A stretch of DNA of 32,000 nt, from positions 1 to 32,000 of the IMG/VR virus record IMGVR_UViG_3300045988_182235. One strand, written 5' to 3'. The notes below the pieces were generated by a model that was not told the DNA's origin, did not search any database, and saw only the letters and a program-made list of their open reading frames with translations. Positions 16,899-26,300 of the stretch are shown in pieces (the first letter of the stretch is position 1; every line of letters starts with the position of its first letter). The position numbers were made by a program, and so were the translations under genes. Source of the DNA: a virus.

Positions 16899-17091
16899 TA
16901 TTATTTGGGTCGTTGTGTTTCTCTGCGTTCTCATCGCGTCCTGCTTTGGAATGTACTATTTCCAGGGTGAGAACAAACAAAAATTTGTGTTTTGCTTTTT
17001 GCTGGTAGCATTATCTTTTGGAGTTCTTGCGTTTCGGCTCCTGGATATTGCCTACACAATGATAAACGTAGCTGTCAAAGCCGCACAATGA
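16891..17091 (+). CDS. Small membrane protein, 66 aa
   Basis: MADIIWVVVFLCVLIASCFGMYYFQGE...; overlaps the previous stop. Confidence 0.65.
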   Translation: MADIIWVVVFLCVLIASCFGMYYFQGENKQKFVFCFLLVALSFGVLAFRLLDIAYTMINVAVKAAQ

Positions 17092-17130
17092 CCTTTTTGC
17101 AATTCTCAAACTGTTTTTTGGCAGACCTTC

Positions 17131-17159
17131 CAACCGAGGGCCTGCCTTTTTTATTGTTG
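17131..17159 (+). terminator. Intrinsic terminator directly upstream of an RBS and gene
   Basis: GGCAGACCTTCCAACCGAGGGCCTGCCTTTTTT. Confidence 0.65.
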
Positions 17160-17174
17160 CCAGGAGGAAAATCT

Positions 17175-18056
17175 ATGAAAATCCGATTCTATACAACCAA
17201 CAAGGAAGCTATTGTATTCGACCTTGAGGATATTTTGAAGCAGCTCAACATTGAAGAGCAGGTAGCCACTGTCGGCCTTGTCATTGAAAAAGACGAGGCC
17301 GAGGTTGAGGCAATCGCTCAGACAATACAAGACGATTATCCGAACATGTACCTTCAGGCAAAAGAATACGGGCGAAATCTGACCTTGGCTTGTGCGGAGC
17401 TTCCGAACCCTACTAACCCGGATATTGTAACCTACCTCTATGCGGGCGATGATGCTACGGAAACTGACAGTTGGATTGCGAAAGTGAACAACACAATTCG
17501 TGCGCAAGGGGATAACAGTGAACGGCTCATCCATATTGACTCGAATCTCGCTGCCGTGGTAGAAGCAAACGAAACGGAACAAGGATACTATGCTTCCACC
17601 GTGTCGCAGCATGACAAGGCTACAAACGAAATGCTGAGTTTCCGGCAGATTGCAGAGTCGTTGGAAGCTGTTGGGGATAACTACAAGTACCAGAGCGCAA
17701 GCAACATTCTGACTGCAAGAACCAAAGCAGAGCGGAACTATATTGTCCGGCTTATCAAGATGTATTGCGACGATACCAAATACCTTTCCGGTGCTATGCC
17801 GCAAAGTGAGTACCCGTTCTGTGTCCAGAACGTTGACGCTCTGAACCAGCGTGATGCGCAGTGGTCCGAAATCAAAGAGTATCTTGCACAGGACGAGAAT
17901 CGCAACAAGCTGGATGTGATTCTTGGCTTCGTGCCGGATGAGGAGAGCGACAAGACTCTAATTCTGCACAGCATTGAAGAAAAAGGGAAGGCCATGTCTG
18001 ATTCTGAAATCGAAAAAGCATATAATTTGCTGTTTGGTGACTGTAGCAATGAATGA
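17175..18056 (+). CDS. Hypothetical protein, 293 aa
   Basis: ATG after CAGGAGGAAA. Confidence 0.8.
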   Translation: MKIRFYTTNKEAIVFDLEDILKQLNIEEQVATVGLVIEKDEAEVEAIAQTIQDDYPNMYLQAKEYGRNLTLACAELPNPTNPDIVTYLYAGDDATETDSWIAKVNNTIRAQGDNSERLIHIDSNLAAVVEANETEQGYYASTVSQHDKATNEMLSFRQIAESLEAVGDNYKYQSASNILTARTKAERNYIVRLIKMYCDDTKYLSGAMPQSEYPFCVQNVDALNQRDAQWSEIKEYLAQDENRNKLDVILGFVPDEESDKTLILHSIEEKGKAMSDSEIEKAYNLLFGDCSNE

Positions 18057-18062
18057 ATAATC

Positions 18063-18090
18063 TTGCGCTTTCGTTCGAGACCCGTATAAT
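18063..18090 (+). promoter_or_regulatory. Promoter, TTCGAG variant of the spacer class
   Basis: TTGCGC - TTTCGTTCGAGACCCG - TATAAT. Confidence 0.75.
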
Positions 18091-18095
18091 TTAGC

Positions 18096-18141
18096 TTGTA
18101 CGATAGATACCATCTACTAAGCACACTGTGTGCTCGTACAA
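18096..18141 (+). ncRNA. Conserved structured leader RNA (module B)
   Basis: TTGTACGATAGATACCATCTACTAAGCACACTGTGTGCTCGTACAA; outer stem, AGAT-ACC-ATCT hairpin and GCACAC-T-GTGTGC hairpin. Confidence 0.65.
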
Positions 18142-18158
18142 TTCACACTTCGCTTTAA

Positions 18159-18192
18159 GGCGGACTTCCCACACCGGGAGGTTCGCCTTTTT
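18159..18192 (+). terminator. Intrinsic terminator of module B
   Basis: GGCGGACTTCCCACACCGGGAGGTTCGCCTTTTT. Confidence 0.75.
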
Positions 18193-18216
18193 GCGTACAA
18201 AAAAAGGAGTTTAACT

Positions 18217-18621
18217 ATGGATAACGTATGGACAAATCTTGGCAACCGACTCGAAACTGCTTGGAAAAGACCAACAAGGCCCAACTCTAAACGCCCGAAA
18301 GACGGTGAAATCATCGACGAAGAGAAATCGGTGCGCTGGAACAGGGAAGAGGTCGTTCGCCGACAGAAAGCTTGGGATGCAGAATGCTCTCGGCTGAAGA
18401 AGGCGCAGAATGCAGAAATCGAACACATCTCGGAAGCTATCGAACTTCAAATTCAGGAAGACATCAAAGCCGAAACGAAACGCAGCATTTCCAAAAAGGC
18501 TGCAACCATCCTCTGGCAAAAAGCCTACGACCGTGGCCACGCCTATGGTTTCGCTGACATCTACTGTGCCATCGAAGACTACGAGGAGCTGGTTGTTGCC
18601 GTACTTACAAACGCCCGCTGA
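18217..18621 (+). CDS. Hypothetical protein, 134 aa
   Basis: ATG after AAAAGGAG. Confidence 0.75.
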   Translation: MDNVWTNLGNRLETAWKRPTRPNSKRPKDGEIIDEEKSVRWNREEVVRRQKAWDAECSRLKKAQNAEIEHISEAIELQIQEDIKAETKRSISKKAATILWQKAYDRGHAYGFADIYCAIEDYEELVVAVLTNAR

Positions 18622-18652
18622 ACTCAACCACAAATCACAGAAAGGAAAAAAT

Positions 18653-19462
18653 ATGAAATTAAACGAATATCTCACAGAAAACGGCGTCAAGCTGATGATT
18701 AAAGGCTCCGGAGAAAATTATCCTCCACGCCAGACAAACGACCTCGGTATGTACGATTACGCCGAAGGTCTTGAAAACGTCATCGGCAAAATGGCTTGGA
18801 TTTGCGATTATCGCGCAAATGCAGACCCGACCAAAAAGCCGATTCGTAACATCAAGCCTACCCCGGTTGTTGTAACGGACGCAAAAGAAACGAGCAAAAC
18901 CATCTATTATTCTCCGGTCTATTTTCGGCCGGTAAATCGGGGTAAGATTTCTTCAACCGTCATTGCCCCATTGGACAACACCGGGTATCGCTGCTGCTCC
19001 GGCACTTCCGTCAACATCTTCTACACGAAAGAAAAGTGCGTGAAGTGCTATCGGGAGCAGGTTCGACAGGCAAACGAGATTTATGAGAAAGAGAAGGCTC
19101 GCATCATCAAAGAGTTCGACGCTCGCATGCAGATTCTCAATGATTCTCTCACGCCGTTCAACGATGTCCCGCAGAGCGACTACACCGTTGTTGCAAAAAT
19201 GGATGTTACGAACGATTCTCTCGGATACAATGAGAAAAATCGGCATTTTTATCTCGAGACGACCCGAACCATGATTCCGACTCGCTATACCATCGAAATG
19301 CTCAAGATGCAGGCACTGATTGGCCTGGTGGATGAACTCCGTGCAAACACCACCTGGCAAAAGGGCGTCCCTTTCCGTATCCTTATCAGAACAACAGTTT
19401 TCGTGGATGGTATTGAAGATGTCAGCCAGGCCACAACGGAATCTCAAACCATTACCCTTTGA
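18653..19462 (+). CDS. Hypothetical protein, 269 aa, with CCSG...CVKC Cys motif
   Basis: ATG after AAAGGAAA. Confidence 0.8.
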   Translation: MKLNEYLTENGVKLMIKGSGENYPPRQTNDLGMYDYAEGLENVIGKMAWICDYRANADPTKKPIRNIKPTPVVVTDAKETSKTIYYSPVYFRPVNRGKISSTVIAPLDNTGYRCCSGTSVNIFYTKEKCVKCYREQVRQANEIYEKEKARIIKEFDARMQILNDSLTPFNDVPQSDYTVVAKMDVTNDSLGYNEKNRHFYLETTRTMIPTRYTIEMLKMQALIGLVDELRANTTWQKGVPFRILIRTTVFVDGIEDVSQATTESQTITL

Positions 19463-19481
19463 TGAACTATTAAGAGCGCAC

Positions 19482-19520
19482 GCCCCGTCTATAGCCGTAA
19501 GGCTTAGGTGGGGAGATTCA
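19482..19520 (+). repeat. Orphan IS200/IS605-type right-end hairpin
   Basis: CCCCGTCTATAGCCGTAAGGCTTAGGTGGGGAGATTCAC with no tnpB or iscB adjacent. Confidence 0.7.
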
Positions 19521-19552
19521 CAAAAAAACAAAACAATACATATGTGAGGTAA

Positions 19553-21619
<2,067 letters not shown>

Positions 21620-21633
21620 GGAGGTCTTGTGGT

Positions 21634-21879
21634 ATGTATGACTTCGACCGCATCGTAAAAGCTGCGGAGTCCTGTGACTTTCACGACGCATTTGCCTCTG
21701 ACATCAAACGCTGTGAAAATGCTCTTGGCATGGGTGGCCTCATGGCAATCAATGCTGAATGTTGGCTTGATGTCTTGAGCGCCATGCCGGACGCTGAAAT
21801 CGCAGAATACGTCCGCACCAAGTACAAGCCCGGTCTCTTGAATCCGTTCAAGGGTACGTTGCTTTACATCAAATCTTAA
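21634..21879 (+). CDS. Hypothetical protein, 81 aa, paralog of 7581-7823
   Basis: Shared AECW...Y(K/R)PGLLNPF core; AAGGAGG RBS. Confidence 0.8.
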   Translation: MYDFDRIVKAAESCDFHDAFASDIKRCENALGMGGLMAINAECWLDVLSAMPDAEIAEYVRTKYKPGLLNPFKGTLLYIKS

Positions 21880-21885
21880 CCTCTT

Positions 21886-21917
21886 GCCGCTTGCCCTTTA
21901 CCGGGTGGGCGGCTTTT
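21886..21917 (+). terminator. Intrinsic terminator
   Basis: TGCCGCTTGCCCTTTACCGGGTGGGCGGCTTTT. Confidence 0.75.
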
Positions 21918-21943
21918 GCTAATATGTGCGAATCGCGTACACT
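21916..21943 (+). promoter_or_regulatory. TGCGAA-spacer promoter
   Basis: TTGCTA - ATATGTGCGAATCGCG - TACACT. Confidence 0.65.
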
Positions 21944-21969
21944 AAAATAATAGAAAGAAGGTATCAATA

Positions 21970-22572
21970 ATGAAATCACATGAAGCTCCTGTTACCGAAA
22001 GCATGCAACAATGTATCGACTATATCAAGCAGAATGAAGATGAAATCGCAGAATATGTGAATTCGCTTTTTCTTGCTCAGAAGGATGTAATTAGAGAGCA
22101 GCTTTTGGAGAGTTTGGCAGCAATGCTGAACCCCATTCCCACTCATTATGAATGGCGCAGCAATGATTGCCCGTATGATTATTCTGGTGAATTGTACGAA
22201 GATGGAAAGGTATCTTTGGAGCAGACTGTTAGTGAATTTCTCGAGAGCGAATATACTGGTGCAAGCCGCGCAACCTATGTATCTCACTATGGTCTATCAT
22301 ATAACACATATGGGGATAGTCTCTCGGACGACACCCTTGAGATTGGCTGCTCCATTATGACCGATGGAATTAAAGATTTCGTACAGAGGAATGCAGGGAT
22401 TCCGTGTGAACGATTCTCCCGTGAAGAATTTTTCGACATCAAAACCGAATGTAACGAATTTGACCCGATATACGACGAATGCCGCGCCAGCGATTTCTTT
22501 TGGGCTACTGCCGCTGTAGAATTTGCAGGCATTGACAAAATGACTTTGAAAGAAGTTCTCGCCGCAGTATAA
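21970..22572 (+). CDS. Hypothetical protein, 200 aa
   Basis: ORF with GAAAGAAGG RBS. Confidence 0.8.
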   Translation: MKSHEAPVTESMQQCIDYIKQNEDEIAEYVNSLFLAQKDVIREQLLESLAAMLNPIPTHYEWRSNDCPYDYSGELYEDGKVSLEQTVSEFLESEYTGASRATYVSHYGLSYNTYGDSLSDDTLEIGCSIMTDGIKDFVQRNAGIPCERFSREEFFDIKTECNEFDPIYDECRASDFFWATAAVEFAGIDKMTLKEVLAAV

Positions 22573-22581
22573 ATTGTCACG

Positions 22582-22614
22582 AAAGCCGTTCACCGTTTGG
22601 TGGACGGCTTTTTC
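22582..22614 (+). terminator. Intrinsic terminator
   Basis: AAAGCCGTTCACCGTTTGGTGGACGGCTTTTT. Confidence 0.85.
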
Positions 22615-22617
22615 TTT

Positions 22618-22645
22618 TTGACATTTTTTGCGATTCCCCGATAAT
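22618..22645 (+). promoter_or_regulatory. TGCGAT-spacer promoter
   Basis: TTGACA - TTTTTTGCGATTCCCC - GATAAT. Confidence 0.65.
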
Positions 22646-22877
22646 AGTGGAAACACCCAAAACAACGTGGAAACGTGACGATGCCTTGGCTAGTATCACC
22701 TCAAACTATACGGTGAAAGCAAATCTGACTCCAGGTGATTGGAGTGGTACAGTATCTTTTGTTTGCTCTGTATCGGAGAACTAAACACAATGTTGCACGA
22801 CTTTGCACGATGTTGTAACATTCTAAAAAGCCACTAACACGTGTGCAAACTTTTTTCAAAAAAGTTTATACAGCTTC

Positions 22878-22905
22878 TTGACGGCGTGTGCGACACCCAT
22901 AAAAT
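22878..22905 (+). promoter_or_regulatory. TGCGAC-spacer promoter
   Basis: TTGACG - GCGTGTGCGACACCCA - TAAAAT. Confidence 0.75.
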
Positions 22906-22910
22906 AGATA

Positions 22911-23003
22911 ATGTAACAGAGATATCATTGATTTGCCATAGTTCATATACCTCCTGGAAGAAGGACAGATGCCCATATTGGGTTTCTGTCCTTTTTCTTT
23001 TTG
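22911..23003 (+). promoter_or_regulatory. 5' leader plus terminator (module G)
   Basis: ATGTAACAGAGATATCATTG leader start; GGACAG...CCCATATTGGG...CTGTCC plus T-tract. Confidence 0.5.
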
Positions 23004-23229
23004 AGGATTCCCGCAGACTTTCTGCGTTTTATATAGATTTATCCCACGGAATGTGGACTTCTGACAGCCGAAGAAAAGGCTGATTACATAGAATTGTCAT
23101 GCTAATCAGCATGGCACGTATACACTGCGTCAATGTGTTTATATAGATGTTCCTGCACGCGAACGCCGCGTTAAGAGCGTATTTATATATACCGTATAAC
23201 AATTACAAGCCTTCAAGGAGGACATTACC

Positions 23230-23598
23230 ATGATTCGAAACATAATTTAGCGAGTAGACACCATCATTAGCAACCACGAAGCCAAAGCTAAGCAATTTGC
23301 AGTTAGCTATGGTTCATTCGTTCACAGTCTAATTAAGACCTAGCTGAGCAAAGATGGTGTGATACTCGCGCTCCTGCTGGAGCAAGTGAAACTGACCGAG
23401 GCCGCGAAAGCTCTGCTGCTTTTGGCAGTAGTATCAATCGTTGGCGCATTTCTTGTCAAGAAAGTCTTCAAAAACTACAACCACATCAAAGGATTGGCCG
23501 AAGACTTTCTGAAATCAGCTGACGTTTTCGGAGCTGTCAAAGAAGCAATTTCTGATATCGCCAGCGGCTCCTGCAAAACAAACAACAAAAAAGAATAA
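23230..23598 (+). CDS. Small membrane protein, 122 codons if two in-frame TAG codons (23248 and 23341) are read through; the ORF track starts it at GTG 23359
   Basis: AAGGAGGACATTACC-ATG; MIRNII*RVDTIISNHEAKAKQFAVSYGSFVHSLIKT*LSKDGVILALLLEQVKLTEAAKALLLLAVVSIVGAFLVKKV... Confidence 0.6.
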
Positions 23599-23682
23599 TA
23601 ACATCCCCGATATATGGGGCTCACATTGCTGTGGAGATAAATTCGAGAGCAGCACGGCAGCCCCACGTTACGGGGTTATATT

Positions 23683-25263
23683 ATGGCTAAGAAGAATAAC
23701 AACGTCACTTTCAACGTCGGCATCACCAACCATTACTTTGACGCTATTTCGCGCCAGAAGTTACCCATGAGCGATGCCGCTTGTGAGCCGGTTGATAATG
23801 CCATCTCTAATTGCAAAGATGCCATTAACATCTTGGTCGCGATTGTGAAAGGCCATGCCAAAAACCTAATCGGTGTGGTTATTGCCGACTGGGGCAATGG
23901 TATGTCTAAGGAAAAGCTGCCGGAAAACCTACAGTTTGGCAACGGCCACAGCAATGAGGGCCCGCTGTGCATCCATGGCGTTGGCCTGAATAATTTCATT
24001 TTGGTTGCCACCCGCAACAAGTATCCCTGGTTCATCGCTTCCAAGCAGCCTGGAGAGGACAGCTATCACCGCGTTGACGGCCCGTTCGCCACGACCATGA
24101 CGATGTCCGAGCAGGAAGAGATTCCTATGGCAGATGTCGTTGTGCGTGAGCAGTTTAAGGCTCTTGGCGCTCCTTCTACCATCATCTATGTGGAGATGGA
24201 CAAGGCTACCGCCAGCACCATGCTGACCAAGAACGGCAGCTGCGCTGAGAGCCGGGTCACCAGCCTGAACGTGCTGCGTACCTGCCTGGCTGAGCACTTT
24301 GGTGTCAAGTACCGCAATTACTTGGCACCTGACGCTACCGGCGTTGCTCCCGCCCGTATCCTGATTCCTGATTTCCATATGGCGAATGGCAAGACGTGCG
24401 ATGTGCTCGTCAAGCCTATTTTCCAGCCGTATAAAGAGAAGCAGAAGGAAAAGAACTTCACTGTTGACTATGATGGGTACGAGATTCCTGTCAAGGTTGA
24501 GTGTGGTCAGCTGGATACGGATGCGACCAAAGGTGTTGTTACTGGTGGCTATGACTTGAAGCATTTCTACCAGAACAACATGCTTACGCAGGGCTTGGAT
24601 ATCCAGCTCGGCGAGCGTGTTATCGCCACCGCTCAGTTTGATACCATCTGGGACAAGGCTCGTCACCCGGCCTTCAACGCTTTCACCGGCGTTGTTGCTG
24701 TTGATATTTCCGGTCTGCCGCGTGGGTTCTTGAATACCCTCGCCAACAAGTCGGATATCGACCTGAGCGACAAGGGATGGCGTAAAATTTTCGACGCTAT
24801 TGCCGAAAACGTGAAGCCTCTCGAAAGCGAGCCTCTCACTCTTGAGAAATATGCGCAGGATTTTGCAAATCGGCTGGTTGCAGACACCGGGAATGAAGTT
24901 GAACTCCAGTTCCCTCTGTACGCAAACCGGACTCGTATCGACGTTCTGGAACATATCGATGAGTCCCACTGCAAGATTTATGACTTCATGAGCGGCGTTG
25001 CTACTTTGAAGTCTGTAACCGAGCTGCGGACTCATTGGGATGGCATGGTTGCACAGGGCATTCAGCCTGTTTCGGCTGTGATGTTCTGCAATAAGCGCGG
25101 TCCTATGCTCAAACATACCTGCGACGAGATGAACACTCTCGTGCAGGCTATGAATGACGAGGACTTCTACATGACCCTCGAAGCTGCTGGTGGTGATGCG
25201 TCTAAGATGCCGCACTACAACTTCGATGTTATTCTTGACCAGAATATCCCCGTGAAGAAATAA
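23683..25263 (+). CDS. GHKL (Bergerat-fold) ATPase domain protein, 526 aa
   Basis: N-box CEPVDNAISN, G1 VIADWGNGMS, G2-like CIHGVGLNNFI; C-terminus unassigned. Confidence 0.8.
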   Translation: MAKKNNNVTFNVGITNHYFDAISRQKLPMSDAACEPVDNAISNCKDAINILVAIVKGHAKNLIGVVIADWGNGMSKEKLPENLQFGNGHSNEGPLCIHGVGLNNFILVATRNKYPWFIASKQPGEDSYHRVDGPFATTMTMSEQEEIPMADVVVREQFKALGAPSTIIYVEMDKATASTMLTKNGSCAESRVTSLNVLRTCLAEHFGVKYRNYLAPDATGVAPARILIPDFHMANGKTCDVLVKPIFQPYKEKQKEKNFTVDYDGYEIPVKVECGQLDTDATKGVVTGGYDLKHFYQNNMLTQGLDIQLGERVIATAQFDTIWDKARHPAFNAFTGVVAVDISGLPRGFLNTLANKSDIDLSDKGWRKIFDAIAENVKPLESEPLTLEKYAQDFANRLVADTGNEVELQFPLYANRTRIDVLEHIDESHCKIYDFMSGVATLKSVTELRTHWDGMVAQGIQPVSAVMFCNKRGPMLKHTCDEMNTLVQAMNDEDFYMTLEAAGGDASKMPHYNFDVILDQNIPVKK

Positions 25264-25396
25264 CATCACTTGCCGTCATCCGAAAGGGTGGCGGCATTTT
25301 TTATTGAGCTATTGCTTAAACATCAAGATTCCTCATGTGGAGTGTAGCGTTTTGTACCGATATATGCTATAATTGGCACAAAAAGGAGGAACCGAC

Positions 25397-25777
25397 ATGG
25401 CAGAAAATAATAACAACGGTGGCAAAAACACTAATATCATCACCAAAATTAACGATACCATTTCCAAAGTCCTGGGCGATTTCCCGCCCGTTGTTCAGAC
25501 AATCGCAAAAATCGTTGTCTTCGGTGGGCTCATCCTGCTTATCGCCAAAGCCATCGGCTATATTTTCCCGGTTATTGTGAACGTTCTTTTCAACCTCTTA
25601 GTCAAAATCGTTGGCTTCTGCATTCTGGCAGCCTTTCTTTACGGCTGCTGGTACGAGGTAAAACTGCAAATGACTCGCGATGAAAACTCCTTCCTGCTGA
25701 ATGAACGACTCAAGTATCAGAAAAAAGAATACGAGGAACGTGAGCACAGAAGACAAGAACGAGATAACAGACGATAA
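25397..25777 (+). CDS. Small membrane protein with charged C-terminal tail
   Basis: Two hydrophobic stretches (IVVFGGLILLIAKAIGYIFPVIVNVLF; IVGFCILAAFLYGCWY) then KEYEEREHRRQERDNRR; AAGGAGG RBS. Confidence 0.78.
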   Translation: MAENNNNGGKNTNIITKINDTISKVLGDFPPVVQTIAKIVVFGGLILLIAKAIGYIFPVIVNVLFNLLVKIVGFCILAAFLYGCWYEVKLQMTRDENSFLLNERLKYQKKEYEEREHRRQERDNRR

Positions 25778-25795
25778 TACATAATCATACATAGG

Positions 25796-25826
25796 CTGTC
25801 CAGCTTCGGTTGGGCAGCTTTTTTTA
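25796..25826 (+). terminator. Intrinsic terminator
   Basis: GCTGTCCAGCTTCGGTTGGGCAGCTTTTTTT. Confidence 0.8.
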
Positions 25827-25834
25827 TTTTCCTG

Positions 25835-25862
25835 TTGCAGGCTCTTGCGAATCGTATACCAT
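25835..25862 (+). promoter_or_regulatory. TGCGAA-spacer promoter
   Basis: TTGCAG - GCTCTTGCGAATCGTA - TACCAT. Confidence 0.6.
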
Positions 25863-25885
25863 AAAAAGTATGAAAGGAGTTTATC

Positions 25886-26116
25886 ATGAAAACACTTGAA
25901 TCCTTTTTTAGCAGAACTGCACAGTTTGGCTTGCTCATTTATCTGACCGGCTGCTTTGGCCTGTTGATTGTTTTAGGCGCTGCAGTCGCAAAATGGCTTA
26001 AACTCATCGACGTAATTCAATATATTGCCTTTGCTTTTGGACTTGGACTCCTCACTTTGCTTATCGGCATGGTGGGTCTCTCACTCCTCGGCATTAGGGG
26101 TATTGAAGAATTTTAG
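25886..26116 (+). CDS. Small two-TM membrane protein; ends in TAG next to the iscB copy 2 leader
   Basis: Hydrophobic segments; AAAGGAG RBS. Confidence 0.7.
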   Translation: MKTLESFFSRTAQFGLLIYLTGCFGLLIVLGAAVAKWLKLIDVIQYIAFAFGLGLLTLLIGMVGLSLLGIRGIEEF

Positions 26117-26300
26117 TGGAATGACCCCATCCCACTAAGTTCCTTCAATATCACAGGCGGATGTACTTTTGTACATCAAGATGACGAGCTGCACTTGTAC
26201 GGTTTTCCCAGCCTGCAACCATGCGAAGGCGTCATCTAGCCAAGGGAAACACAACCTCCTGCTTCGGCAGGAGAGATTTATCGTAAAGGAGGTGGCGAAT
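26117..26300 (+). ncRNA. omegaRNA-like leader of iscB copy 2; boundaries approximate
   Basis: AGTGG/CCACT, TGTAC/GTACA, GATGACG (26180-26186)/CGTCATC (26230-26236), pseudoknot TTTCCC (26204-26209)/GGGAAA (26244-26249), CTCCTGC-TTCG-GCAGGAG (26256-26273). Confidence 0.7.

Noticed and set aside
22841-23083. 80-aa + strand ORF
   Set aside because: It crosses a strong promoter and terminator and lacks a convincing RBS or protein signature.
23929-25269. 446-aa minus-strand ORF opposite the GHKL ATPase gene
   Set aside because: Shadow ORF; the + strand has RBS and ATPase motifs, the minus strand has neither.
26117-26240. C-terminal extension of the 25886-26116 protein by readthrough of its TAG
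   Set aside because: About 40 open codons follow, but the segment is better explained by strong pseudoknotted RNA structure of the iscB leader.
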